This document shows positions 49,683 through 59,961 of a stretch of 64,000 nt of DNA, piece by piece (position 1 is the first letter of the stretch; every line of letters starts with the position of its first letter). The notes beneath the pieces were generated by a model. The model did not search any database. It worked only from the letters and a program-made list of their open reading frames with translations, and was not told where the DNA came from. Source of the DNA: Candidatus Geocrenenecus huangii (lineage in GTDB: Archaea > Thermoproteota > Nitrososphaeria_A > Caldarchaeales > Wolframiiraptoraceae); NCBI GenBank assembly GCA_023254095.1, contig JALNLM010000003.1, forward strand, positions 5,477 to 69,476. The letters are read 5' to 3'. The position numbers were made by a program, and so were the translations under genes.

Positions 49683-50543
49683 ATGGAGTATTGCCCACAG
49701 TGCGGGTCGAGTAGTCTCGTACAGGATGAAGAAGGCGGGGAGATAGTATGTTCGAACTGTGGGTTGGTAATCTCGCATAGAATACCAGACCGGAGACCTG
49801 AATGGAAACATTACAGCTTCACGAAAGACGATAGAGAAAGAGTCGGAGACCCATTAACGTTCCTGATCCATGACATGGGGTTATCTACTACAACCCTAGA
49901 ATACGATCTACATTCCTACAGCATATCAAGAATACTCAAGAAGAACATAGTAGAAAGTGGAGATAAATCGTTAATGAAAACATTGTCAGCCATACATAGC
50001 CTCTCATCAAAGATGCATTTACCTGAAAGCGTTGAAGAAAATGCAGCTCTTATCGTTAGACGTCTCTGGAAGAAAGGATTAAGACTAGGTAGAAACTGTA
50101 AAGGATTAGCTGCGGCATCCCTCTATGTTTCTTCAAAGATGTTCTCTATGCCTAGAAACATGAGAGAATTCATTATAAACTCTGGAATAAGCAGAAAAAC
50201 ATTCTGGGATTCTTATAAGAAGATAATCCAAGATACAGGAATTAAGAAAGACCCAAGAACGATCGACATCATGATCTCCAAGATAGTTAACCAATCAAAC
50301 CTTAAAGGAGAGGTTGAAAATCTTGCAAACAAGATAGTAGAAATGGCTAGAGATATGAAGATTGTAGATGGAAGAAAACCTGACGGGTTAGCTGCTGCAG
50401 CCGTCTATCTCGCTGCGAAGAAGCTACGACACAAGGTAAACCAACGTAAACTAGCCAAGATAGCTACAATAAGCTTAGTAACCCTCAGGAGTAGATGTAG
50501 AGAATTAGAGAGCATAATCAATAAGCTTCAAGATAGTTTTTAA
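49683..50543 (+). CDS. tfb: TFB paralogue
   Basis: CPQCG..CSNCG ribbon, RPEWKHY linker, two cyclin folds. ATG 49683 is preceded by GAGGTGAGAGGT. Confidence 0.85.
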   Translation: MEYCPQCGSSSLVQDEEGGEIVCSNCGLVISHRIPDRRPEWKHYSFTKDDRERVGDPLTFLIHDMGLSTTTLEYDLHSYSISRILKKNIVESGDKSLMKTLSAIHSLSSKMHLPESVEENAALIVRRLWKKGLRLGRNCKGLAAASLYVSSKMFSMPRNMREFIINSGISRKTFWDSYKKIIQDTGIKKDPRTIDIMISKIVNQSNLKGEVENLANKIVEMARDMKIVDGRKPDGLAAAAVYLAAKKLRHKVNQRKLAKIATISLVTLRSRCRELESIINKLQDSF

Positions 50544-50576
50544 CAAATCTTCAATAAAAAACGAATAAGATATATA

Positions 50577-50984
50577 GTGGAGGAGCAGTATTTACTCTTG
50601 GTGTATGTTTTGCCTCCTAAAATGAGTAAACTTGAAGAGAAAGCTATAAAGCTTCTACTCAAGTATGAGAATAGAGGTCTACTTCAATCAGAGTTATGGC
50701 ATAAGCTTGGGGTAACCAGTAGGGAAGGATCTAGAATAGCTATAAAACTAGAGAAAAAAGGAGTAGTTAAAAGAGTTAAGGAATTCGCTAAAGATAGATG
50801 GACTAGAAGGCTTGTCCCATTAATTAAGCAGGTAACTCTTGAACCTATAAAAGGTGCTCCATGCCCTTCTTGTATATACAATAATGTATGCGGTAAACAA
50901 GGTACGGTCTCACCAAATACATGTCTATGGATCGAGGAGTGGGTAACCTCGTCTACATCCTCTAAGAGTCTAGAGAAGACTTAA
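50577..50984 (+). CDS. winged-helix protein with C-terminal 4-Cys cluster, probable TFE-beta/RPC34-like
   Basis: wHTH (LLQSELWHKLGVTSREGSRIAIKLEKKGVVKR) followed by CPSC-x6-C-x10-C. ATG 50622 is an alternative start. Confidence 0.5.
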   Translation: MEEQYLLLVYVLPPKMSKLEEKAIKLLLKYENRGLLQSELWHKLGVTSREGSRIAIKLEKKGVVKRVKEFAKDRWTRRLVPLIKQVTLEPIKGAPCPSCIYNNVCGKQGTVSPNTCLWIEEWVTSSTSSKSLEKT

Positions 50985-51001
50985 CACTATTATTTTTAAT
51001 C

Positions 51002-51610
51002 CTATAATCTAGACATGCCTATTAGGTATAGTTCTGAACTCGTCTTTCTAGTAGCAGAAGGAATAAATCTCTTAAAATAGCTGAAAGAAGACTTTACACG
51101 TTCTTCGAGTATCCTGAGTTCATCGCACTCAAATGCTTTCAACATTATTGACCCCCTCTTCTTTAGTAGTTCGAGAGAGATTTCATAACTTTTTTCTGTT
51201 AGCTCTATCTGCTTAGAAGTATCTATATCTCTGATTCCCGTAAGATGGGGGGAGGCATCAGAGATAACTACATCCACCAGCTTCCCATTCAACGTATCAA
51301 GTATTTTCTGTAGAGTATCTTCTTCAAGAATATCTGATTGTATAGTTATTATGTTGGGTTCATTAAATTCTTTGAACTTTCTAATATCTACAGCGATTAC
51401 CAAACCTGTTTCTCCGACTAGTCTAGAAGCTGCTTGAGTCATCCCTCCAGGCCATGCACCAAGCTCTACAACTATATCTCCATGTTTAATCAACTTAAAT
51501 TTCCTGTTTGCTTCAAGAAGCTTGTAGGCTGCTCTAGACCTGAAGCCTTCAATTCTAGCTCTTCTCTTGAAACTATCCCTAGAAGCTTCTTCAACCCAGT
51601 TCCGAACCAT
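51002..51610 (-). CDS. rlmE: 23S rRNA 2'-O-methyltransferase RlmE/FtsJ
   Basis: FRSRAAYKLLE..VVELGAWPGGMTQ..VISDASP. Confidence 0.9.
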   Translation of the reverse strand: MVRNWVEEASRDSFKRRARIEGFRSRAAYKLLEANRKFKLIKHGDIVVELGAWPGGMTQAASRLVGETGLVIAVDIRKFKEFNEPNIITIQSDILEEDTLQKILDTLNGKLVDVVISDASPHLTGIRDIDTSKQIELTEKSYEISLELLKKRGSIMLKAFECDELRILEERVKSSFSYFKRFIPSATRKTSSELYLIGMSRL

Positions 51611-51725
51611 TATACTCTGTTTAGCATATATCTTCTAGACAATTTAAGATTTGAGAATTATAGAGCACCTATTAGCCGAGTAACTGTGAAATAGAGTCAA
51701 AGGGCTAGGTGGAGTGCCCGGTGTT

Positions 51726-52136
51726 TTAAGTTATGGACGTGACAACATCTTTTTTCTGAAAGTTTTTAGAAACTTTACTCCATAATTCTTCGAGTTTTTT
51801 CTGCCAGCTTATGATAACTGATTCATCAACTACACTCACAGCTTTAATTGTTATCAAGTCTTGAGCAGTCTTCAGTTCACAGACTATCCTTGAAACAACA
51901 TCTGCTCCACAACATCCTACACAAAATCCCTGAACAGAATCTAGCATTGAAGGAGTAACATCATGAGCTAACCTTGGATGAAATTTGCATAAATTTATTA
52001 AGACCTTAGCTCCATCTAATGCAATTCTAGTAGCTTGTGGAATATCAACTTTCCTGTTAATCAATTCTTTAAGCATCTCTGTTATCTCTGCCCAAATCCC
52101 GTCTAATACATTACATATCTCAGTTTCCGTCGACAT
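51726..52136 (-). CDS. hypothetical Cys-containing protein
   Basis: 136 aa, contains FCVGCCGADV. Coding-like, family not recognised. Confidence 0.5.
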   Translation of the reverse strand: MSTETEICNVLDGIWAEITEMLKELINRKVDIPQATRIALDGAKVLINLCKFHPRLAHDVTPSMLDSVQGFCVGCCGADVVSRIVCELKTAQDLITIKAVSVVDESVIISWQKKLEELWSKVSKNFQKKDVVTSIT

Positions 52137-52230
52137 TCTCCCTATAAATACTTTGTTATAGTTATACTTAAGAAAGCAGTTATTACACTCTGGAATAATA
52201 TATATAGTATATACTTGTTTTACATGAAAA

Positions 52231-53448
52231 TTACTTTTTAGACAACATATATAGAAACATCTCTTTAATTACTTCGGAAGAAGCTTCTGTCTTAAAAGCC
52301 GTAGAATCAAAATGTGTTGTAGATGATTTATAACCTCTATTTCTGAGTTCTTCAATTATAGCTTTAGGCTTAACAGGCGAGATCTTAAGAATAGATGCTA
52401 TAGAGTTCACAGGATAGTATCCCACTATCGACGTATCTTCCTGAAGTATTTCTTCAAGTAGTTTAGCTGCTTCTCTATAAAGTTCAAGATTGGCATATGC
52501 ATGTCTATGCATCTTATAGACTATCTCTTCTCTACATAGTCTTCCAAGCCATAGAGGTCCAGAGGAAGAAATAGGCTTCATGCATGTTGGACAACACGAT
52601 ATAGATTCTTCCCCTATCTTATAGGTGTAGATTGTGAAGCATCTTGGGCAGTAAGCAATCCAGCCAACTTGTCTCAACAATTTTTTAGCATCTTCTATCC
52701 CTGGAGAGACTCTTACGAAAACTCTAGTATAGTAGTCTTTGAGGAATGCGAAAACTGGTTCAGCAGCTAAACCTATTCTAGCGGCTGTCCTAACCATGAA
52801 TCCAGCTAGGACCCTTACTGCAACTTCTTTAAAGAATGGGGTCTTCATAACGTATGAGTCATATTTTCTCAGACAAGAAAGAGGCTTAGACCCCGTTAAT
52901 GCTGAGAGATCGGTTGCTGTAGCTCCTAGAATAGAATTTTTTCCACATCCTCTGAAGCTGTTCTCCATGAATTTCGCAGGAGAGCCTGCGGGGTCTACAT
53001 CAACATAATCGAATCTCGGCTTCCCTCTACCTCTAGATGCGAGAAGCTCATTTGCATCTAGAACAGAGACTTCAAGCTTATCTTCTACATTATTTATCTT
53101 AGCGTTTACCTTGATTAGTTCGTAAGCGTTTTTAGAGATGTCGTTTACTAATGCATGATCTATTAGGCCGGTCTCTAAGATTAATCTGATGCTCCTAACG
53201 CCGATGCCTGCTAGAGGCTCGCAGATAGATATCTTTCTATCTTCGAAATAAGCTTTCAAGAAAAGTACTGCTATATCTCTACTCAGCTTTGAGGCTGGAT
53301 TAAAGAAGGCAGGTAGAGAAGTGGGAGCAAACTCTCTGGTAGAAGGCAGGATCGGTGATAGAAATGTCGCTCTACCTTCATGTCTCAACTCGACTGGGAA
53401 AGAAAGCATTTTTCTGAATTCTTCATACTCTTGGGACATACCCTCCAC
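52231..53448 (-). CDS. trm1: tRNA (guanine26-N2)-dimethyltransferase Trm1
   Basis: FFNPASKLSRDI, EPLAGIGVRSIR, DVDPAGSP, and a C-terminal CPRC..CCPTC. Confidence 0.9.
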   Translation of the reverse strand: MEGMSQEYEEFRKMLSFPVELRHEGRATFLSPILPSTREFAPTSLPAFFNPASKLSRDIAVLFLKAYFEDRKISICEPLAGIGVRSIRLILETGLIDHALVNDISKNAYELIKVNAKINNVEDKLEVSVLDANELLASRGRGKPRFDYVDVDPAGSPAKFMENSFRGCGKNSILGATATDLSALTGSKPLSCLRKYDSYVMKTPFFKEVAVRVLAGFMVRTAARIGLAAEPVFAFLKDYYTRVFVRVSPGIEDAKKLLRQVGWIAYCPRCFTIYTYKIGEESISCCPTCMKPISSSGPLWLGRLCREEIVYKMHRHAYANLELYREAAKLLEEILQEDTSIVGYYPVNSIASILKISPVKPKAIIEELRNRGYKSSTTHFDSTAFKTEASSEVIKEMFLYMLSKK

Positions 53449-53612
53449 CGATTTTCGACTCGCCTATCTCCGAGACGTCATTATCTCCTAGAAAACTACT
53501 TCACAACAACTATAAATACAATAGCGGCCACGGATTCAAGGTTAGTGCATAAACGTCTTTTGTGATTAGGATTTCCAGGAGAAGAGGGTAAAGTATGGTG
53601 TTAGCCTTCTTC

Positions 53613-54902
53613 TTAATATCTTCTCTTCAATAATGCGATGAAGAATCCGTTACACATATTCGAATGTGGGTATAGTCTACGGGCTTCAACTAGACCTCTT
53701 AGACCTGTTGAGCCTACGTCTATGGATGGTTCCACCAGCTCGAAGTCTGGATGAGTTTTTAGAAAATCTTCGATAACGTATTCGTTTTCTTCTACTGTGA
53801 TACTACATGTTGAGTATACCAGGTATCCTCCTTTCTTAACATTTCTAGATGAACTCCATAGTATGTTGGATTGAAGGTTTGCGAACATTCTAATATGCCT
53901 AGGCCTAATCATCCATCTATAGTATGGCTCTCTCCATATTAATCCAGTAGAACTACATGGTGGATCAACCAATACTTTATCAGCTTCAATTCTTATCGGT
54001 AAAGACTTCGTAGCATCGGCTTGAATTAATTTAACTATCTTTGCATTCAGAAAAGTCATTCTCTTTCTCTGGCTTCGAATTCTCTTCCATGAAGAATCTA
54101 TAGAGAATATTATACCATTATTCCTCATTTCTAATGTTGTAAGCCATGTCTTAGTTCCAGGAGCTGAACAAACATCTAAGATGATGTCTTCTAGGCGAGG
54201 CTCCAGAACCTTAACAGCGTAGTAGCTCGAGAAATCATGTACTACTATTAAACCCTGATTCATTAAGGTTTTTAGATCTTTAGTACTTGAAGTTTCTACA
54301 ATGTAGATTCCCGGAAGCCTACTATCTTCTTTAAGGATTACATTTTTTTCCTCCGCTATTTTCAGAATATTCTCTTTATCCATTCTTAACGTGTTTAGCG
54401 AGCAATATATAGGTGGCTTAACATTATCTTGGAAGTCCATGTAATGTTCTGCTTCTACTTTACCAATTATTTTCTCTAGATACTTTACGAACCAATCAGG
54501 ATAATTAACTTCTCTCCTCGGTCTTGAATACATATATCTTAGAAGACCGAGAAATCTCTCTGATTGCTCTGGCCAATTCTTGCCCATGGATTGTCTCAGC
54601 CTAGATACTAGCGTGGAAATGTCTCCTAGATTCATTCGGCCTAGTATGCAGGATGCGAGAAGTTCTAGCAAAGTTTTGCTCATCCAGTCTAGAGTTGTAT
54701 CTGGCAGGATCTTATCCAGATATATTGAGGCTGACCTTCTATAGATAGAGTAGATATGCAGGATCTTTCTAGCCATCCTCAATTCTCTAGTGGTGTATCT
54801 TTTTCTCTTAAAAGCGAAATACAATGCAGAGCTGGGAGAAATACCTGTATCTCGACACATTTTGAGAGCTTCTATAGAGAGTAGAATAGCCTGCGTATCC
54901 AC
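53613..54902 (-). CDS. NOL1/NOP2/Sun-family RNA cytosine-C5 methyltransferase
   Basis: DVCSAPGTKT, DPPCSSTG, YSTCS catalytic cysteines, and a NusB-like N-terminus. Confidence 0.9.
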   Translation of the reverse strand: MDTQAILLSIEALKMCRDTGISPSSALYFAFKRKRYTTRELRMARKILHIYSIYRRSASIYLDKILPDTTLDWMSKTLLELLASCILGRMNLGDISTLVSRLRQSMGKNWPEQSERFLGLLRYMYSRPRREVNYPDWFVKYLEKIIGKVEAEHYMDFQDNVKPPIYCSLNTLRMDKENILKIAEEKNVILKEDSRLPGIYIVETSSTKDLKTLMNQGLIVVHDFSSYYAVKVLEPRLEDIILDVCSAPGTKTWLTTLEMRNNGIIFSIDSSWKRIRSQRKRMTFLNAKIVKLIQADATKSLPIRIEADKVLVDPPCSSTGLIWREPYYRWMIRPRHIRMFANLQSNILWSSSRNVKKGGYLVYSTCSITVEENEYVIEDFLKTHPDFELVEPSIDVGSTGLRGLVEARRLYPHSNMCNGFFIALLKRRY

Positions 54903-55008
54903 TTGTCGTGGCCCATTTATCAGCTTAAAGTATCCATATTAATATTTTCCTAATAGAGTCCGCTATGTGTAAAAGGAAATAAGTAAGAGGTATCCAAGTA
55001 ACTTTAGG

Positions 55009-57504
55009 ATGGGTCAGACAAGCTTAGATGAGCATTTGAAGTTTAAAACTTATTTCTTATTTGGATGTGCCTATGATGGTAAGGAGGGAAAAGCTTACTT
55101 AAAACTTCTAGACATAGAGAATAATCAGGTTGAGATAATATACGATGAGTCAGGGCATAAACCATATTGTTATGTTTTAGAAAGCCTTGAGGAGGTAGAG
55201 AAACTCAAGCTTCAAGGAGTAGTAAAGATAGAAGTTGAAAAAAAGTATGACCTGTTTAGAGATAGGGAAGTGAAACTTACCAAGATTATTGCCAGCGACC
55301 CTCTAGCTATTGGTGGTACTTCAGCATCCATAAGAGAGAAGATGAAAGCATGGGAGGCAGACATACCATATCACCTTTGCTACCTATATGATATGAGGCT
55401 TATACCAAGTATTCCATACAGGCTAGATGGAAAGATACTCGAGCCATTAGAACAAGATAGAGAGAAGATTAGAAAAGTAATCGAGAAGTATTTCCCGGAT
55501 TTATCGAGGGACGATAGGAAGGTCATCGAGGAATGGATAGCATTAATGGAGGCTGAGCATTGTAAGCTCAAGCATCTATCACTTGATATTGAGGTCCTAT
55601 CACCTGTGGCCACCCGTGTTCCATCCCCTGATAAGGCCAGAGATAAAGTCGTCGCAGTATCCATGGTGGGAAGCGATGGTAGAAGAGAAGTCTATCTACT
55701 GAAAACTCCCAATTTCATAGAAGTAGATGGAGGCAGCGAATTTACCGTTAAGGTCTTCGATGATGAGGTCGAGATGCTGAAGAAGATATACGAAGTAATT
55801 GAGGAATATCCCGTTGTGGCCACGTTTAACGGAGACGATTTTGATCTACCTTATCTTAGACACAGAGGAGAACAACTTAAGATCCCTAAAGATAAGATAC
55901 CTATAATTTTAAGTAGAGAAGGAGCGTCACTGCGGAAAGGTATCCACATAGACCTTTATAGATTATTTAATAATAAGAGTATCCAGGTATATGCATTCGA
56001 TAACAAGTATAGGGAGCACACGCTGGAAGCAATTGCTCAAGCTTTGATAGGTAAAGGAAAGATAGCTATAGATAAACCGATTAGCCAGTTGACTAGTAGT
56101 GAGCTGGCGAGATACAGCTTCTACGATGCATTGCTTGTCCACGAACTACTTACTTTCGATGACGAGCTATTGTTGAAGCTAATAATAGTGATCTCTAGGA
56201 TTAGTAGATTGCCTATAGAAGATGTTTGCAGGCATGGAGTTTCAGGATGGATAAAGAGTTTACTATACTATGAGCATAGAAGAAGAGGATACCTAATACC
56301 TAGGTCTGATGAACTATTGGAAGAGAAGGGAGTAATCTCAACTAGACCCATAATCGAGGGAAAGAAGTATAGAGGCGCAATAGTAGTCGACCCCATACCC
56401 GGAGTACACTTCAACGTAATTGTTTTAGATTTTGCTTCTCTTTATCCATCTATCTTGAAGGAGTGGAATCTAAGCTATGAGACCGTAAGATGCGTTCACG
56501 AAGAATGCCGAGACAACATTGTTCCAGAGACAACTCACTGGATATGTAAAAAGAGGAAGGGAATACAGAGCGAACTGATAGGGTGTTTAAGAGATATCCG
56601 AGTTAGAATATATAAGCCTTTAAGCAGTGATAGATCGTTACCTGATCTTCAAAGAAGATGGTATGGAGTAGTCCAGAGAGCGTTAAAAGTATTCCTGAAT
56701 GCTGCTTACGGCGTTTTCGGTTTTGAGGGGTTCCCACTCTATTGTCCACCAGTCGCTGAAAGCACAACAGCTATAGCTAGATATATTTTCCTTCAGACAA
56801 TCAATAAAGCTAAGTCATCAAATATCGAGGTGATATATGGAGATACAGATTCACTATTCCTAAAATCACAGGATGAGAAATCAATCGAAGAAATACTTAA
56901 CTGGGCGAGGAAGAGTCTACATCTAGATCTTGAAATAGACAAGAAGTATAGGTATATCGTGTTCTCTATGAGGAAGAAGAACTATCTAGGGTTGACGGAT
57001 AAAGGTATAGTAGATGTTAAGGGTTTAACTGGGAAGAAGAAGCATATACCAAAATTCATAAAAGAAGCATTCGATGAGATGGTCAAGGTTCTCCAAGAAG
57101 TAAAAGACGAAGATAGCTTGAGGGAGGCGAAGAATACTATACGTGAAATAGTTAGAACATGGTATAATAAGCTTAAGAATGGAGAGTTCGATCTTCAAGA
57201 CCTATCTTTCAAAGTCATGCTATCGAGAGGTGTAGACAAATACGTCAAGACTACCCCTCCACATGTTAAGGCTGCTCGGAAACTCATTCAGAAGGGAATA
57301 CAAGTAACATCGGGGGATATCATAGAGTACGTGAAGACAAAAGACAAGGATGGCGTAACCCCTCTACAGTTCGTCCGTAAAGATCAAGTAGACGTAGATA
57401 AGTACGTAGAATACTTGACGTCAACATTCGAGCAAGTCTTTGATGCGTTAGACTTAGACTTCGAAAGAATCATAGGGGTTACAAGCCTCGAAAAATTTTT
57501 CTAA
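55009..57504 (+). CDS. polB: family-B DNA polymerase, PolB1-like (replicative)
   Basis: Exonuclease motifs are intact: Exo I LDIEV, Exo II FNGDDFDLPYL, Exo III YSFYDA. Pol motifs DFASLYPSI, KVFLNAAYG, YGDTDS and a C-terminal SLEKFF are present. Confidence 0.95.
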   Translation: MGQTSLDEHLKFKTYFLFGCAYDGKEGKAYLKLLDIENNQVEIIYDESGHKPYCYVLESLEEVEKLKLQGVVKIEVEKKYDLFRDREVKLTKIIASDPLAIGGTSASIREKMKAWEADIPYHLCYLYDMRLIPSIPYRLDGKILEPLEQDREKIRKVIEKYFPDLSRDDRKVIEEWIALMEAEHCKLKHLSLDIEVLSPVATRVPSPDKARDKVVAVSMVGSDGRREVYLLKTPNFIEVDGGSEFTVKVFDDEVEMLKKIYEVIEEYPVVATFNGDDFDLPYLRHRGEQLKIPKDKIPIILSREGASLRKGIHIDLYRLFNNKSIQVYAFDNKYREHTLEAIAQALIGKGKIAIDKPISQLTSSELARYSFYDALLVHELLTFDDELLLKLIIVISRISRLPIEDVCRHGVSGWIKSLLYYEHRRRGYLIPRSDELLEEKGVISTRPIIEGKKYRGAIVVDPIPGVHFNVIVLDFASLYPSILKEWNLSYETVRCVHEECRDNIVPETTHWICKKRKGIQSELIGCLRDIRVRIYKPLSSDRSLPDLQRRWYGVVQRALKVFLNAAYGVFGFEGFPLYCPPVAESTTAIARYIFLQTINKAKSSNIEVIYGDTDSLFLKSQDEKSIEEILNWARKSLHLDLEIDKKYRYIVFSMRKKNYLGLTDKGIVDVKGLTGKKKHIPKFIKEAFDEMVKVLQEVKDEDSLREAKNTIREIVRTWYNKLKNGEFDLQDLSFKVMLSRGVDKYVKTTPPHVKAARKLIQKGIQVTSGDIIEYVKTKDKDGVTPLQFVRKDQVDVDKYVEYLTSTFEQVFDALDLDFERIIGVTSLEKFF

Positions 57505-57543
57505 ATGAAGAATAGAAATCTACTCGTCTAGCTCCAGATCTTA

Positions 57544-57606
57544 GCGTCAAAGCGTAATTTTGAGCTTGCTTGGGGTGTGACATCTTTAACGACTACGCTT
57601 TGAGGC
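57544..57606. repeat. 10-bp perfect inverted repeat enclosing 37 nt
   Basis: TCAAAGCGTA (57547-57556) pairs with TACGCTTTGA (57594-57603), plus a flanking GC/GC pair after one mismatch. It lies in the 214-nt gap after polB. Confidence 0.5.
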
Positions 57607-57718
57607 ACTAAATCTTGCTATTCTAAATTCCTCATAATATCGAAGTCTAGAATACTTTAGGTAGCAGGATCCGGAAAACTTATAAAAGACATGTACCAGA
57701 ATTCTCAGCGGGGATTTT

Positions 57719-58147
57719 ATGTCAATGGTTCCAAGAGGGAAACTTATTGGGATGCAAGTATATAATCCGGATGGAACTCTTGTTGGAACAGTGCAAGATA
57801 TTGCTTTGCCTTTAGGCGGTGGAGAAATGGGGTTATTACTGTTAACTAGAGCTCAAACGACGGAGACTATACCGTGGAGCAAGATCTCTGCAGTAGGAGA
57901 CATAATAATCTTGAAAGAAAAAATTGAGGTAAAGACTATGGCACCCGAGGTCTCGGCACAGTATCCTATCCCATCCACTCCTTCAATGGGTCCTACGCCA
58001 CCCAAAGAGGAGAAGAAGGGGTTAGGGGTTATAACCAGCGTTTTTAAGAGGGGAGAGAAACCCGCCTGCCCAACATGTGGAAAACCCTTAACATATATTG
58101 AACAGTATAAGAGATGGTACTGCTATAATTGTAGCAAATACATGTAG
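57719..58147 (+). CDS. PRC-barrel protein with C-terminal zinc ribbon
   Basis: LIGMQVYNPDGTLVGTVQDI..IPWSKI PRC pattern, a P-rich linker, and CPTCG..CYNC. Confidence 0.7.
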   Translation: MSMVPRGKLIGMQVYNPDGTLVGTVQDIALPLGGGEMGLLLLTRAQTTETIPWSKISAVGDIIILKEKIEVKTMAPEVSAQYPIPSTPSMGPTPPKEEKKGLGVITSVFKRGEKPACPTCGKPLTYIEQYKRWYCYNCSKYM

Positions 58148-58198
58148 ACGTTTAACTTTCTCAGTGGTGAATCGTTCCCGTCTAAGCTGGTGGCTACC

Positions 58199-58636
58199 TT
58201 ACTTTATCTTTTGTGCAAATTCTTCTTTATCTACAATGTATCTTTCATGTATACCATAACCTATTAGCTTGTCTCCCCAGTATGCTGCAACATAAAAGAT
58301 AAGCTTTCTACCATCTACCTGTAACAACTTAGCTTCTATCACGACTTCAGAATTTATGGGAGCCGGCTTGACGTGATACACGTCTACATGAGTGCCCACC
58401 GTCGTCCGATTCTCTAGGAGGAAGTTATCTATGTTAACTCTACAAGTATGTTCCATGAAGAGTATCATAGCTGGAGTTGCTAAGACTTCCACGCTACCTG
58501 AGCCAAGGTGCTTCGCAGTATACTCAGATGTAACCACGTATTTTTCTCTAAATGTTAATCCTGGTGTAAGACTCATAAAGATAAAATCAGGAAATCTTTT
58601 TATAACCTTTTTCCCAGCAAGAATCTTCGGATCCAC
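58199..58636 (-). CDS. hotdog-fold thioesterase
   Basis: VTSEYTAKHLGSGSVEVLATPAMILFMEHTC pattern of small thioesterase-superfamily proteins. Confidence 0.7.
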   Translation of the reverse strand: MDPKILAGKKVIKRFPDFIFMSLTPGLTFREKYVVTSEYTAKHLGSGSVEVLATPAMILFMEHTCRVNIDNFLLENRTTVGTHVDVYHVKPAPINSEVVIEAKLLQVDGRKLIFYVAAYWGDKLIGYGIHERYIVDKEEFAQKIK

Positions 58637-58691
58637 CTAACCCTTGTTTCATCTATGATACTCCAATCATAAATTCTAGAAAAGATCATGG

Positions 58692-59864
58692 TTACGCTAA
58701 GAAGGCGTATATCAGTATGAGTATCAATGTTAAGATCGTGGCTGGGAAGATTAACCTATATGTTTTGGGGAGCTCTGTTTTGTAGTATTCTGCTGACATG
58801 ACTAGGCATGCATGCGCAGGGCTGAGCATTGCGCCTACATATCCTCCTGTAAAAGATAGAAGAAGTCTCTCAGAATTAAGTAATGGCAGTAGTGGTGGGA
58901 ACGCCAAAGCAATATATGTGAATTCTACGCCTGTCCCAATAACGATTAACAAGGGTATGAGGAAGACAGCTATTTCAGCATAGCCTGATAGGAGCTCCGC
59001 CAAGAAGTAAGCTACATTGCTCTTCTCAATATACTTGCTGAATATGAATGAAAAGACGACTATTGTTATGAAGGTTAGATTTACTGAATATTTTAAACCA
59101 TGAATCAGTTTATCTTTCCCAGGTTTATAGACAGCTATTGATGTAGCCAGTGTTATGGCGACGGATATAGCGATATTTAGATTGAAGATTATGGATAAAA
59201 CCGCTATCAGCACGAAAGGCCATGCATGTATCATCTTCTTCAAATTACTCCTAGGAAGCTTCTCAATTTTCTTCCCATTCCTCTTTACGTGCCTATACCC
59301 AAAAACGATCCCCGAGACTAAAGCCGCCAAAGTTATAGGCATGTTTAACATCATTATATGGCTTGAGGGAAGACCCAGTAGTCCGGAAGCCAGGATAACT
59401 CCTTGATATAGAGGCCAAGTAGTTATCCATAAATGTCTAAACCAATAATTTATGAAGGTTTTAACATCGCCTTTCAGCCCCATATTGTTGTATAATGGGT
59501 CAACTACTACAGCTGACACGTATGCTCCGCCAGGCATAGGAAGCAAGCCTATTACAGCCGGTGTAGAAAAAGCTGCAAATCTTGGACCGATTACTTCGAA
59601 GCTTTCAATAAGCATGTTTGAGGCCTTAACAGAATTGTATAGGTCTGCTAAGAACATAGAGAAAGTTAATGCGATTAATGTTTGAACCATCTGTAGATTG
59701 AATGCTTCCAGGGTGGCGTCAAGTATGCTCGTTTCGAGAGACAATAAACCATATAAGATTGCTCCCAATGCTAATGCGAGACCTATGTTTACTCTTCTAA
59801 AAACCAAGATAACTACAAGCAATATAGATATGACTAAAACGATCCATGGATCGGCTAACGCCAT
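58692..59864 (-). CDS. polytopic membrane transporter-like protein (DUF401-like)
   Basis: 390 aa with about 10 TM helices. The family assignment is from memory only. Confidence 0.55.
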   Translation of the reverse strand: MALADPWIVLVISILLVVILVFRRVNIGLALALGAILYGLLSLETSILDATLEAFNLQMVQTLIALTFSMFLADLYNSVKASNMLIESFEVIGPRFAAFSTPAVIGLLPMPGGAYVSAVVVDPLYNNMGLKGDVKTFINYWFRHLWITTWPLYQGVILASGLLGLPSSHIMMLNMPITLAALVSGIVFGYRHVKRNGKKIEKLPRSNLKKMIHAWPFVLIAVLSIIFNLNIAISVAITLATSIAVYKPGKDKLIHGLKYSVNLTFITIVVFSFIFSKYIEKSNVAYFLAELLSGYAEIAVFLIPLLIVIGTGVEFTYIALAFPPLLPLLNSERLLLSFTGGYVGAMLSPAHACLVMSAEYYKTELPKTYRLIFPATILTLILILIYAFLA

Positions 59865-59961
59865 CTAGGTCTGTAGAATTTTTCTAGAACTATTTAATAA
59901 ATTAATTTGCAGATACTTTTCACGCAGAATTCTTTTAACATTTTTAATGCGAGCGCCGCGT

